A stretch of 64,000 nt of DNA from Selaginella moellendorffii (lineage: Eukaryota > Plantae > Lycopodiophyta). The translations under genes and the position numbers were made by a program. The notes below the pieces were generated by a model. That model worked only from the letters and a program-made list of their open reading frames with translations, made no database searches and was not told the origin of the DNA. This document shows positions 50,773 to 61,635 of this stretch, in pieces. The stretch is taken from positions 637,234 through 701,233 of the forward strand of contig NW_003314337.1 of NCBI RefSeq assembly GCF_000143415.4. The letters are read 5' to 3'. Each line of letters begins with the position of its first letter. Position 1 is the first letter of the stretch.

Positions 50773-51404
50773 TGGCATGTGGCCTTACGCCATTCCTAGG
50801 TGAGATGATACAAATAACAAGTATAAATTCTTAGTTGTTCTAGCAAATCTTACTTAAAGTTCAAGGTGAACAAGCCGAATATGAATTCATCGGATTGTTA
50901 TAACAAATTGCGAGGTGATGGCATGAGGCAATATGCCATTTGAGAGTGGTAGCCATTCCTATATGAGGAAGTATTTATTAGAAATACCTCATTCAATTGT
51001 GCACTTCTAAGTCTTGGTCCACTTAGTACTGTTTGCATGTTTTTATTTTAATTCTTTCTCTAAAATGTTATTTAGCATGTGGCTTCATGCCATTGCTCTC
51101 CACAATCATGCATTGAATTTCTATCCTTGCATAATACTTCTCCATATATATAGCATGTGCGCACATGTGATATGGTTCATTAGGCCTGATATAGTGTGTG
51201 AGGTAAAACAAAGATGATATGACATATGCATTTACCAATCACACGTGCATAAATCTAATAATATGGCGTGTGGCCCATATTAATGGCACATAAACCCATA
51301 TTGTGGGCTTACGTGCTTTATGTACCATCATTCCCTTGCAGCGTGTGCGTTGGTTTCCTTTTATAACACAACGAACTCCATATTTTAGGGTGAAGAGCGT
51401 TCTC

Positions 51405-51662
51405 ATGGCAAGCACAAAATCTGTAAGTGAGGCAGAAAAGGAGACGGAGAAGGAGATAGGTGAAGATGTAGAATATATAAGTCTTCCAAACTCCCCGTAC
51501 TATACTCCAGGTGATCATTTTTCTGAACAAACGGCAACATTAACAACTATCGAGAACGCCCCAGTAACGTCAGAGACAACAATCCAAAGCAAAACAATTG
51601 ACCCGGAGAAGGATGATAGTACCGCTGAGAGTACCAAAAAGGAGGTGTCCACTAGCGCTTAG
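51405..51662 (+). CDS. Small acidic Ser/Thr-rich ORF or exon inside the transposon (MASTKSVSEAEKE...)
   Basis: Coding-like composition within AT-rich flanks; no recognisable domain. Confidence 0.3.
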   Translation: MASTKSVSEAEKETEKEIGEDVEYISLPNSPYYTPGDHFSEQTATLTTIENAPVTSETTIQSKTIDPEKDDSTAESTKKEVSTSA

Positions 51663-54600
51663 GCTTATAATGGCGTGTGCCCTCATGCCATTTACTTGAT
51701 CACCAAATACCTTTTTCCCTTTGCACTAGTATATCTTAATACCGGTCTGAGAAATAGAATGGCATGTGCCCTCAGGCCTTTTACTAAATCACCTTTGAAA
51801 GAAATGCAAGCCTCTATGTCGTAAAAAAAAGGTACTAGAGAAATTCCTTAATAATATGAATGTTATTTAGTTTCATGAAAATACACTAAGGGTCAAATGA
51901 GTTAAATGACTTCTCCAGACTAGCAATGCCTCTTGCTACACCTTCACAATTAGATTCGTTAGAAAAAGATAACATTGAATAATATCTAAATGTTCTCACC
52001 ATTAAGTTATATGTCTGGCTAATAGGAATGACATTCATCTTGGAAAGCTCACCACACGCTCAATGAACAAACAAATAGTGTGTGCGCGCATGCCATCGCT
52101 CTTCTTTAGCTTCAGATTCGGCTTGTTCACCTTGATAATGAGATTTATTATACAACCAGATGGACTTAGTCTGGACATAAAGTCACCGCACTAGTCACCA
52201 TACCCCAGATATTTCTAGCCCCTGGACAAAAAACATATAATTTCACGTCATTTTCAAATACTTGAAAATTTGTACCTAGTCCCATTTTACTGAATAAATC
52301 CCACTTTAACGAAATAGAGCATGTGTGGAGTTGTTAGTGAAGGGATGTCGCTAGACACGTTGAGAAGGTGAAGGCCAAAGCTCTAGGTGAAGCTTAAAGT
52401 AGCATTGTATGTTATGTGTGTTCATCTCACAATGAGGTGCACCAATGGGACTTGAATTGGTATTTTTGAGCTGCAACAGCCTCTTTCCTAGACTCCATAA
52501 GCTCCTAGAGCAACTCGTCATAGTGTAATTGTTGCTGAAGAATGATCTCCTTCAGTTGCTACATCTCAGTGGCAAAGTTCTCAATAGCCAGAGGTGTATG
52601 TTCAATGGCGATGGGCTTTAATGTTGATGGACAGACAGCTGTACAAGGTGACTCTAATGGGGTGATGACTTGGTCAAAATCAACTCTAGCAATCCCCAAG
52701 TTGATAAAAAGCTCTCTTTCTAGCTTTGTGGCAAACGAAAATGCCTTGCGGCAAAGAAGTTTCCACTATAAGTTCCCATGCAGACCTACTATGAATGTTA
52801 TGATCCCTTGCTACTCATCTTGGATCACTTTACAATCCCAACACTGCTTCCAGTATGCTTGAAACCTGGTGATGCAGTCAAGAATAGACTCGTGAGCACC
52901 TTGCCGGAACAAAAAAAAATGTTGATAAATAGCCAATTTGTGGGTTTTTCTTCAATGAAATGTTCTCTAAAAAAAGCAAGTAGTGTCTGGAAGTCCATCC
53001 GATCCTTTGGGAGAAGAGAATCTGCCCAAGTTGCCGGTTTGCCTTTGAGAGATTGCAAGAAGTTGTAGCATATACAATCATCGTCAATAATCATATTTGT
53101 GGTGTAGTAGTAATCAAAACGACTGATATGTGATTTTGGAGAGATTGTTCCAACACCTAAGAAGGTTGGTAGATCACTCCCATTTTGCAAAACATGGAGC
53201 TGGGGTCGAGTTAAAGGTGGCTATGCCATAACTCATAGATCTAAGTCACTGGAATTTGCCGAGGATGAAGAAGACTTGGCTCGAGAAGGTGCCATATCAT
53301 ACCTAAGTTGCCTCTAGATGCTAGAAAGTTTACTCCATACCTTAGTGCCTTGAGGTATAGTAAAAGGGTACCAATTTGCCTCATGTCTAGTTTGTACCGG
53401 CATCAAATACCTTGAACATTGCAAATGCTTGGTCAAGGCAATTGGGTTGATAAAAGCAATAAGACTATAGACTTCTTCAAAGCATAGAAAGAAGAGTCCT
53501 TAGCCAAAATAAATGGCTTAGAACCTTTTACCTTGTCCACAAGTTGCTCAATGCCCGTGACAAAGATAAATATGCTTAGAAATGGAAGGAGATGTAGGCC
53601 GGCTACTAAACATGCTTTAGTGCAGCTCCTTCAACATCCTAGGACACACTTTAAAGTATATATAACCACAGTCTCAAGTAACTACTGACAACTTATAGTA
53701 ACTAGTAACTAGTAACCCCTTGCTCTCGCTCTTACTCTAGTGCCTACTCTAACACCAACTCTTGCTCTTGCACCAACTCTTGCACCTGCTCCTAATTCTA
53801 CTCCTAATCCTACTCCTACTCCCTGAAGATTGCTTCTTTCCCAAGAAACTTTCATGAAAGTTTAGCCCAAAAAAGAAAAATGAGTACCCCAATCTTGATC
53901 CTTCACCATTTTGATTGTAAAATGTTCAAAAGACCTTAGCCCCATCTACCACACTACTCTAAGAATTTGTAATGAAAATGCCTCAATATCCTGTGAGATC
54001 CAAGAAAATATAGCTTAGAACACCAATTTTGTGGAAAAACATTTGCATGTCACCAATCCAGATTAATACCAAGGTGCTGTTGATATTTTCAAAAAACATA
54101 GGACTAGAAACACTTCCAGAAACAAATGGCATATAAAAAAAAGCTCAGAGAAGCATGAATTTTTGTTGCAAAGATGCCTTTATTTAGCAGGAGAAGAAAA
54201 TCCTTTTGCATACCACAAATTCTCCCAAATCCAACACCAAGAATCACCACTACTTATAAATATAGAGCAGATCTATAAACCCAAATGCATTTCTTTGAAA
54301 AATTGGGCCAAGAATCTAGGTGAGAAAGTGAAAACCCTAAAATGTTTACCAAATCGAGCTAAATACTGCATAACTTGATGAGCATCATACCTTGCTGGAA
54401 AGAGGAGCTCAAGACCTATCCAACGTGCCCAAGATCAAGTAAAACCGCTGCAAAACAAACAAGAAATCACTCCTCAAAGCATATGACTGAAAGGAAAAGA
54501 GAGAAATTGTCCCATAGAAAGCAATGCATGGTTATGCTAAGTTCACCATTTGTTAGGGGAAGGAGGGGTGCCTCCCCCAACACTCGCTCAAACACAAGAA

Positions 54601-54769
54601 ATGTTCCAATGCTCTTCACAAATACCCCCCTTTTGCCCTTGTGGGGCAAGGGTTTTATACAAGGAAAATGAGGAATATTCTAGGAATTGGTCTTGGTCAA
54701 CCCTAAACCAGATTGCCCCCTTAACTAGAGGAATTTAATTTCTAACATGGTCATGACTAAGGAACTCAA

Positions 54770-57700
54770 TGAAGCTGATAATGTGGAGCTGGAAGGGATA
54801 GAGGAGCTAGATTCTAAGTGCAATAAGAAAGACGATTTGCAACTGTATATAATTCACACTTGAGAATGGCAAAGGAAAATTGTAATAGAGGAGGGTTGTA
54901 GCTAAGAAGCCTAATGCTGTGGAAGAAGGGATAAAGCTTTCTTTAAAGGAGCTAAAGCCTAAAATTAAAGAGATGACAAAGTATATCAAGGAATCTCTTG
55001 TACAGCTCCAAAAAATTCTCACCACTGATGATAGCTGGGGAGCCCTAAAACTACTTGTGAAGCAAGTGGATGAAGATTGGCATAGAGCCAAGGGTGAATA
55101 AAAGAAGACTCAGAGTGAAAAGATTAGTGTTTTTGCCATGTTTGAGAAGGATAATCCAATATGACCTTATATGTGTAAGTAATTAATTTTTCCATTGTAC
55201 TTTAGTCACTTAACCACACCTCTAACCACTTTGGAGGAGTTTCATTCACAACCTCCATAAGTCCAATTCAGGACTTAGGGCTTGCTAGCCCTGAAAATGG
55301 CATCCATGCCACTCAACTTTTGCATTTGGTCCAAGTGCTCCATGTGTCCGATCCTATGACCCGCACCCCAAGGTACCACAAACATATCAGCCCATTATGC
55401 TAAAGCTATGCCCATTCACCTTGGTCACACTGGTGGTCCAACACCACCTGTATCATAGTCCCGTCTCTCAAAGACTGGGCCATCCGTCTATGAGTAATCA
55501 TCTTAGATCCACTCTTTAGCATCCTTAAGATGTCCACAATCATGGGGAATTACTTTTTACTTTTTTTGTCCATGGCCGTATTTGCCAACACTGCCACTAG
55601 GATAAGATTCACAGGCCCGACCACTAAATCCCACCATCCTCTAGGATTTCCTCACCACATGACCATATCCTTAATCACTACACCAGAGGACTGCTCCTCT
55701 TCCTTTCCATAGTCTGGGACTTCGGGACAACATTTCGGAATACCGTAACCCTACGCGAGCCTCATAGGCACTCTCCTCACCTTCTACCTTTGGGTGCTTT
55801 AGCCATGGGCTTAGAGCTAGGTTCTGTTGAGCCATGCCAAGTATCCAAATACGTAGTGCCACCCACGCTTGGATTGGGAGCATCGACCATTCGATCTCCT
55901 GGGGGAACTAAAGCCGGCTCTTAAACACTTCACCATGCTACCCTACTTGTCAGTCTGTATTCACTCTAGCCTTGGACTTCTCAGTGGTTATCTCATCACC
56001 CAACACACCTAGGTACAACCTTCTTGGGCCAAACTGGCCTTTCCTAGCCAAACTGGCTCGATTGGGGTCCAACCCCCATACTCTCCCTACTATACTTTTG
56101 GAACCCCCTGCAGCCCCCCCCCCCCCCTTTGGGCTTTCACTCAACAACCTATATTAGTATTCGGACTCGGACTCGGACTCGGACTTGGACTCGGCCTTGG
56201 TCTTGGTCTCGGTCTCAATTCCATCTCAGACTCCATCTCAGACTCCATCTTGTGTCCTTCCACGTGTCATATGTTAGTCCTTTTGTGTCCTTATTTTAGA
56301 GACTTACTTATTGCTTGCTTCGTGCTCATTCCTCGAGCACTTCTTTGGGAGTTTCACTTTTGCTCTCAACTTTTCGAGTCGGAGCTTTTAGTCCATATGT
56401 GTTACCTCATTTAGCTTCTGCCTCAACCACTACCACGTGGCACCCTTTTGGCTCCTCTTAGGGGGCCTAGGGATTTTATGTCTCACAATATGATTATGGA
56501 AATAGTGATTTGTGGCCAGAATATTGAGGCATTGCTGGATTCTATCTGTCCTTAACTACAAGGTTGTAAAATGCCTCAAGTTGGAGCATTTGGTGGAGCT
56601 CAAACCAGCAATGGTTATTGGTGCAAGTGGTGAAGCTATGCATATCTTGAGGTTCATCAGGGATTTACTGGTTGGGACAAAGGGGATATTGGTCATTGTT
56701 GTTATCAACCACCAAGACTACTACTTCATGCTATGTGGGCTGGAGGTTTATTTACTCCTAAATGAGTATCTGAATCCTCATAAGAGAATCTTTTAATTCT
56801 TTGGTAGTGAAGGAGAGAAGCTCTAGGTCCCAATAGCAATCTACAAACTACAACATCAAGGGGTAGACATATTTGCCTAATAAGTAAGTTGATGGAGTTT
56901 TTTCCAATGGAAAAGGCATTATAGAATACAATTGAATCTTTGGTGGAAGCATTAGTGGATGAAATAACTTGACAACTACATAGGGTGGATATTGCAGAAG
57001 GAAACCACAAAACTTATGTTGTGATATAGGCAGCTAGGAAGAAGCAGATAATCTTTGAGAAGGGTGCCAAGCCGGCCATTGAAGAGGATGAGATGCTAAG
57101 ATTCTTAGTGAATATGATATTTGGGGATCTAGCTCTAGTAGATGGGAAATGATTTTTCGACATAGGTCCTAGTGGGATAGGAGCTGAATGTTATTCCCTT
57201 GGTCAAGCACTATTGATAAAGAAATTGGCATAGCAGTACCTTGAGGTTGAAGCAATCAATGACAATATAAACTTTATAATGTAAGCAAGGGTGATAGAGC
57301 CATCAATCTCTCCATGGTGTTTTCCTATAGTGCTCACAACTAAGTCGGATGGAAGCCTTTGCATGTGCATCAACAACAAGCTGTTAAACAATGTCACAAC
57401 AAAAGATACACATCTAATGCCTTGGAACGATGTTGGATTGAGTGGGGCAATCTGATCTTCACTCAGTCTACTGATAGGTTGGTAGTAAACTTTCTCATGC
57501 TGGATAAAAGGGGCTTTACAATTCATTTGGATGCTTTTTGGTTTGTCAAATGCATTAGCAACTTTCTAGTGCCTAATGAATTGGGTTTGATGAATATGCA
57601 CAGCTGTACTTTGACGATATCCTCATTCACTTAGCAAATACTATAGAGCATATATAGCGTGTGGATTTTATATTGTAGGTGCTTGGGGCTAACAAGTTGA

Positions 57701-57842
57701 GATCCAAGGTGAAGAAATGTTTATTCTTCACCAATGAGATGCAGTATATAGGGTACTTGGTCACTAGCAAGGTGATCATGCCTAACCCCAAGAAAATGAA
57801 GGATATTTTAGAGATTCAAAGGCCTCTTAGTTTGATAACTAT
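54770..57842 (+). mobile_element. Heavily decayed Gypsy gag-pol remnant interrupted by a solo LTR
   Basis: RT remnants SISPWCFPIVL.TK.DGSLCMCIN, YFDDILIH, LRSKVKKCLFF...YIGYLV. Confidence 0.7.
55174..56487. mobile_element. Solo LTR (1314 bp) with 5-bp TSD ATATG
   Basis: TGTAAG...TCTCACA; ATATG at 55169-55173 and 56488-56492. Homologous to 40679-42567 but with a much shorter tandem array. Confidence 0.9.
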
Positions 57843-58470
57843 CTTGAATGTGATTTTAGATATTTAAAAATACTTATCAACTAGTCCTTACTAACACTCT
57901 CTCTCTCTATTGCCATGACGGCAGAAGATTGGTACTATTGGTTCCCTTCATTAACCCTTCTTGTTCAAGTGTTAGTAAATTGGGTTTAGCATTTATACTT
58001 AGCCAGATGAACATAAGGTAGGAACTCTTATGTGTTTCTTGCTAATCATACTCAACCTAGCTTTTACTTATCTTTTGCTTTAATTTGCACTAGTTTGGCA
58101 AAAACTTTTGTATATTGAGTTTACTCCTTCAATATTGCTATATGATAGTTTACCATGTCTACCAAACACCCTTGCTATCATGCCCCATGTGTTAGTTTTA
58201 TTCCGGTCCCATATGCTATTTATGATAAGTGTCTAGATCCACTCAAGGGGCATATCTACGGAATGTAGAGAGTGTCTTGAATCCCATAGTATTATTCCTA
58301 CACCCTGATTTGAGAGTTAGCACCATTCTATATTTAGTAAGTTTTCACACTTATTCCATAAGTTAACTTCTAGAACTAGAGTGAAAGCCCAAAGCATGTA
58401 TTCCTCATAGGGGGCAAGGTATATAGGGGTTCCAAATGTATAGTAGGATAGTGGTTAAAATGAATGTTAT
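57843..58470 (+). repeat. LTR fragment homologous to 18294-18935
   Basis: Shared blocks AGTCCTTAC..ACACTCT, GGCATATCTACGGAATGTAGAG, GGGTTCCAAAT.TATAGTAGG. Confidence 0.8.
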
Positions 58471-59678
58471 AACCTTTTCCAACACCTCAATAGGCAAACT
58501 CTCAAGAACAAAGCACCCACTTAGCATAAATGGACTCCAATGTTACTTTTTGTAAGTAAACTAGTTTCACTATTAAACATTTTGGGGTTGATTATTTTTT
58601 AACCAAACAACTTCGTAAACACATTCTCACTATCAAATGGATATGATATAAAAATCATAACTTGATCATTAATCAAGTAACACCACGAGCAATGCCATAA
58701 TATTATGTAAGTATCAAGTGCCAACTCAATTCGACAAAATGCAATATAAATGCTACACCCCACTAATAGAAATTTACAACACCCAACACCATTAACTTTT
58801 TTCACAACATAGACAAGCTCATGCCACTCTTTATCCAACCAAACTCAAAACTAATCCAACACTAAGCTACTCAAGGAGCAAAAGCAAGGTTCCCCAGAAA
58901 AGAATTGAGCATTGTAACCCAAGCCTTTAATAACAAACCTAGACAAAATATTTTAATGCTTCACCATTATCCATTTTATGACTCACTACTTATAAAACTA
59001 TTATAACCAATATGCATCAAGACAGGGACTCTTGATTATATGATGTGAACATGAGCAATGAGTTAACACTTCGTTGCAAATCATCTCTCCAAGATAAGAA
59101 AATGATTTACATGTTTAATCCTTCATCCTTAATAACTCTCTTTTCGGTCTCAACTTGATTAAACTTCAAGTTTGCATTTGCAGTGCTTTCAGTTTAATCC
59201 ATGAAAAGTTTATAAGAGAGTACAGCAATAACTATTTAAACCAATAGATTAATCCCTATAGTCTTAATAGATCCACTTATAATTATGCCTAAGAAGGATC
59301 CACTAATGCTGTGTTAAACAGCTACAAGCTATCCTATTTGCCACTCATAGCAAATCTAGGGAAGGTTTACTTTCACTTATAGTACATGGAACAACTCATA
59401 GTAACCATGCTAACTTAAAGTGTAACTTGAGTTGCTAATATGCCTCAATTATGAGCCCAAGTGCAAACCCATGTAAATGGTACATCTCAATCCATCATAT
59501 GAGCCTAAGCACAAGCTCATACAATTTGGCACAAAAAGATAACTAAAATCCATACTCAAATAACAAATGAGAAGTTATAACACCCAAACATGTACCCACT
59601 CGAATCATCTTTTTCATCTCTGCATATGCAATGAGATCAGTTGCCCAATATTATTAGATAGTACTTAATGAGACTCAT

Positions 59679-60680
59679 CCTTTGATACCAAATGTAGCAC
59701 ACCTGGTTTTCATCCTTTATCCTATAATGATTTACCATAGGATAACCATGAAGTGGAAGCTAAACCCTTCATATGCCATGTGTCACATGCCATGTGTCCA
59801 AAGACAACAGAGTGGAACCCAAGTTTCATAGCTTTGAGCCACTAAATGAAGGTATGGAGCCAAACTCCCAAGCTTATAGCCAAGGAGCGAAAGAACTGGA
59901 GCATAAAATGACTCTTGAACATTCAGCCCAAGAATAAAGAGACAGGAGTATGGAGCGACATTGGAATAGTTCTAAAATATCTGACATTTTAATGCTATGA
60001 CCAACACGCAAAACAGAGCTAAACGGAGTCTAGTACTATTTCGGCATATTGATGGCCTAATGCAAGGATATGGGTACTCCACTAGTTAACATGTTGTGGA
60101 ATTTAAGCTTAAACCTAAGCCGAATGTAAAATAAGGATAGGCATGCAATTAAGAGCTGCTAAACTATACTTTAGGTTGGTTAACTATGCTCAAACTACCC
60201 ACTATCCCTACTATATATTTTAAACCCCCCCTCCCCCTTTTAAGGAACACATATTTTAGGTTTAAACACCCTTAGTACCAGGAGTTAGTCTTTGGGACTA
60301 ACTTGAAACTTATTAAATATGGAATGGCACTAGATTGCAAATTTGGACACAGGACCAATACTAACAATAAACTGACAATCTCTACATTCCATAGATATGC
60401 TAAATTAACAAATTTAAACACTTTTCATATATAGCAATTAAAACTGAACAGAACTAACACAAGAAGCATAATAGTGAGGGTGTTTGGCAAATATAATAAG
60501 CTATCATCTAGCAAATATTAAAAGACCAATCTCAATATTACAGAGGTTCTTATCAAGCTAGTGCAAGACAGAGCAAAAGAAAATTAATAAGCCAGGCCAA
60601 GTATGCTTGGCTAAATAAACACTTAGCAATTCCTTATGCCCATTTAGCCAAGTACAGATGCTAAATCAAGTTTATTAACA
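59679..60680 (-). repeat. 5' LTR (ends at 59693) followed by tRNA-Met PBS on the minus strand
   Basis: Minus strand reads GTGCTACA-TT-TGGTATCAAAGG. Homologous to the solo LTR at 18294-19213. Confidence 0.8.
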
Positions 60681-60793
60681 CTTGAATACTTCAGCCACGT
60701 GTCCGTAGAATATCCTGAATTGCCACATGGCAACTATAGCATGGGAGGCAAGGAAATTCCAAGGCTCACTTATTGGCAAGAAAGACCTCAATT

Positions 60794-60838
60794 TTTAGGG
60801 TTTAGGGTTTAGTGATTTCACTCTTTAGGGTTTAGGGT
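60794..60838. promoter_or_regulatory. Cluster of telo-box/plant telomere-type heptamers (TTTAGGG)
   Basis: TTTAGGGTTTAGGGTTTAG and TTTAGGGTTTAGGG. Confidence 0.45.
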
Positions 60839-61635
60839 GGCACCCTATTTTCTTGCTGTGATGAATCATTCCATCGATCTGCCATGTCCTACGCTGTAGC
60901 TTGATTCCTCTTGCCAGTTTCATCGTTTAGGCGCAGGAGGCCAGTCTGCATTTTCTGCATGTTTTTGCCATAGCTTCGTGGATGTGAGATTTTTGGCAGG
61001 GTTCTTCATTCTCGGAACAAAAATTTTCTTCTCGTGATCACAGTGGTGCCTGAGACAGAGGCATGATGCAGCAACTCTATGTGCTCTTGGTTCCTCATGC
61101 CCACAACTGCTCTCATGTTAGAGCACAACTATGTGGAGTTTGATGGCAACCTCAGAAATGGTTCAGAAAACCAATGTTAAAAACAAGGGGTAAATAACTA
61201 AAACTAGTGTTGAAGGCTCATGTACTCACAATACATAATATTAAAGGTAATTACAAAGAAAAAATATATAACATATATAAGTCACATAAGTGGTAAGGTG
61301 TAAAGTGCCTGATTTGTGTAGTGTACCCTAAGCAAGAATGGCGAAGTAATAGTCTCCTGAACTCTTAAGAGTAGCTGAATTTCCTGGAAATCATGAGCAA
61401 AAACTGGAGTAATTACATCTTCATTCTTCAGAAGCATTTTTTTTTCAAACAAAAATCAAATTGTACCCTCCTGCTACACAAGGTGGCCGCCTTGTACCAT
61501 CAACACAAATTCTGCGAGGGAGGTTTGAGCTCCCACGTCTTGCAATAGATTGATTTGGCCCAAGAATTCATCGATTGGATTCCCCAAAGGCATTGTCCTC
61601 TTAGGTTCAGGGTTAGGGTTGTGGCGCGGGCGGCG

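Larger units (their letters stand above)
44087..52096. repeat. Dispersed 22-bp palindrome family A, ATGGCRTG-N6-CAYGCCAT (at least 15 copies)
   Basis: Starts at 44379, 45457, 45532, 46786, 46977, 47118, 48590, 49373, 49430, 50772, 50918, 51072, 51150, 51670, 51759, 52075, plus degenerate or half copies at ~44087 and 51263. Confidence 0.9.
43993..52322. mobile_element. 8.33-kb cut-and-paste DNA transposon, Sola-like (DUF7869 transposase), with cargo gene
   Basis: Perfect 22-bp TIR GCTCTATTTCGTTAAAGTGGGA (43995-44016 / 52299-52320). TSD GTGT (43989-43992 / 52323-52326). Empty site ATGGTGTGGAGTTGTTAGTGA at 1290-1310. Internal transposase. Confidence 0.92.
42568..53420 (-). mobile_element. Decayed Gypsy gag-protease region that hosts the DNA transposon (pieces 42568-43992 and 52323-53420)
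   Basis: Gag-like FLQSLKGKPATWADSLL..DFQTLLAFFREHF and protease-like MDALVDFSFGSNIL. Collinear with 1-1431 once the insertion is removed. Confidence 0.75.

Noticed and set aside
44379-52096. CRISPR-like interpretation of the palindromic repeats
   Set aside because: Spacing is irregular, copies fall within exons and introns, the context is eukaryotic, and there are no cas genes.
60794-60838. Interstitial telomere
   Set aside because: Only a few heptamers; better explained as telo-boxes.
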